Virus record (IMG/VR): IMGVR_UViG_2802429241_000007
Coordinates: 1 to 19,731 of that record
DNA length: 19,731 nucleotides
Source: a virus
Lineage: Duplodnaviria; Heunggongvirae; Uroviricota; Caudoviricetes
Reading direction: 5' to 3' (one strand)
Shown here: one piece after another, positions 18,179-19,731 of the stretch
Layout: each line of letters opens with the position of its first letter
Numbering within the stretch: the first letter of the stretch is position 1
Notes under the pieces: model-generated
What the model was told of the DNA's origin: nothing
The model's database searches: none
What the model saw: the letters and a program-made list of their open reading frames with translations, nothing else
Made by a program: the position numbers and the translations under genes

Positions 18179-18684
18179 GTGTGATGAACAGTTCACAACA
18201 CAGGAGTGGTAAGGGATATATTTTAACAATGTGAAGGCGACTTTCAGATTTATTGCGAGTCGCTTTTCCTGATTTTCAATCTTATTGTTTACCTAATCAT
18301 TCTCCTTTGCATAATGCGCCTGGCATTAACGACAGGGGCTTTTAGGAATGAAAGCAGATACAACAATGGCCTAATGTCTTCGGCCCGTATTAAGCATATC
18401 ATCATTGTCTAATTGCCAGAATCCATCGCCTTGTAATCGCCAGAACGGCATATCAGGCCGATACTGCGAATGCTGTGATCCAAAACGTTCCAGTAAACTG
18501 TGCAGAGGTTCGTAGATTTCCGAGCCATAATCGAAAAGGCGTGGATGTCCATGCTGGTAGCCAGCCAATACGTATAGCAGTAACAGAGGTTTATGTGGCG
18601 CGCGCTGTTCACCCTTGTGCCAGATTTTTATGTTGGCAATTGCCTGCTGTTCAAACCCGCAAGCGAAGATATATTACCTTGATC

Positions 18685-19731
18685 TCATTTGTTTTTTTGT
18701 TGCCTGTTCTGAGAACGTATAAGAGTATCTCCCATGAATAAACTCCCCGACCACCTTTCGCACCAATACCGCAAAATAGCTTCAACAAATTTGTCAGAAA
18801 TAATCCCCCGACGGGCTGCTGAGCTGAAATGACTGCTGCGTAGCACCGTCGTCCAGTTTTCTGGTGTTCGGTACGCTGAACCGTAATATCCCGTGCTAAA
18901 ATCGTCCGGATCTTCATCTGGCTCGTTCGTCAGCCCTCTTTCACCTTGTTGCTGGAAGCCGACGAAAATAATATTGGCTAAGGCATTATTTTTATAATTG
19001 CCATAAATCGTTTCATACGCATGAGAGTAATTTTCTTTCCAGTACCAGGTGGTATCGCCGCAAAACCACGGAGCGGCAGCAATATTATTAAGCTGAGAAC
19101 GATACTGTTTCAAATCCTCACGAAAGGCTTCAACCATATGATTAAAGTATTGAGGATGTAACGCGTAGTCACTGGTCATTAAGTCAAATTCGCCCTGCAT
19201 CCAGCATATGCCGAGGAATTTATTCTGCGGATTCTTTGACAGTGCCGTTCGTGTTCTGTTGACTAAATCCTGATACAGCGGAGTATCCGCTCCCCAACGA
19301 CATGAATCATGGCTGGCTCCGTGCTGTTCTGAATATGTCCCTTCGCTGCCCGTGGTAAAAGCCGATCCACCACGGCAACAGGGAACGATAAGAACGCCTG
19401 CATTATCAGGAATGAAGGGCAGTAATTTCCGCGCAATATGTAGTGCCTGGCCAACGGTGCCGTACTGTGTTTGATGATTCGTTGCCAGAGGATGGTGATA
19501 ACCCTGCATATCCTGGACATCGTGTGGGCAGTGAGTCAGTGGAATAATGTCATTAAATTGACATAACGGGCCACCGGGATGCGTCTGAGTGAATCTCGCC
19601 AGTTGTTTTATTCTGGGATGAGGCGCATCTTCACTGTCTGGTAACGGGAGTCCTTCGCCATACGCCATAGCATTAGACTGACCGGCAACGGTAAGAACAT
19701 AGTAATAATCGGGCGATATTATTGCGTTCAT
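18685..19731 (-). CDS. nanS: NanS/YjhS-like sialate O-acetylesterase (SASA/SGNH-type)
   Basis: 348-aa ORF with ATG at the window edge. N-terminus MNAIISPDYYYVLTVAGQSNAMAYG carries the GQSN esterase motif and matches E. coli YjhS/NanS as I recall it. Chromosomal backbone gene. Confidence 0.75.
   Translation of the reverse strand: MNAIISPDYYYVLTVAGQSNAMAYGEGLPLPDSEDAPHPRIKQLARFTQTHPGGPLCQFNDIIPLTHCPHDVQDMQGYHHPLATNHQTQYGTVGQALHIARKLLPFIPDNAGVLIVPCCRGGSAFTTGSEGTYSEQHGASHDSCRWGADTPLYQDLVNRTRTALSKNPQNKFLGICWMQGEFDLMTSDYALHPQYFNHMVEAFREDLKQYRSQLNNIAAAPWFCGDTTWYWKENYSHAYETIYGNYKNNALANIIFVGFQQQGERGLTNEPDEDPDDFSTGYYGSAYRTPENWTTVLRSSHFSSAARRGIISDKFVEAILRYWCERWSGSLFMGDTLIRSQNRQQKNK

Overview
The window holds a near-complete P4-type satellite prophage (about 1..10927) followed by a short chromosomal defence island. 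All calls are from reading the sequence and from memory of the P4 family; no searches were run. Satellite backbone: P4-family integrase (1..1266), a cos-like cohesive-end motif (3376..3394), the psu-delta-sid late operon (3559..5436, minus), TGT-N12-ACA late-activator dyads, a TGTTCACC iteron cluster (ori-like, 5606..5709), a Vis/AlpA-like regulator, an RNA-immunity-like leader (6347..6625), three small early ORFs, the 777-aa alpha primase-helicase (8028..10361), two 94-bp crr-like direct repeats and a degenerate tRNA-Leu 3'-end repeat (10907..10927) marking the distal att site. The most interesting part is the AT-rich cargo in the int-to-cos slot, the known variable defence hotspot of P4-like satellites: a tightly coupled operon of a 4-TM membrane protein plus a 297-aa soluble protein (Kiwa-like architecture, unverified) and an upstream orphan 103-aa gene. 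Outside the satellite lie a type II R-M-like pair (C5-cytosine methyltransferase with an N-terminal HTH, plus a putative PD-(D/E)xK endonuclease), a large Upf1-like SF1 helicase fused to a C-terminal PLD (HKD) nuclease domain (Mokosh type II-like), and a NanS-like sialate O-acetylesterase gene at the window edge. The ORF track uses alternative start codons, so several starts were re-placed by hand.
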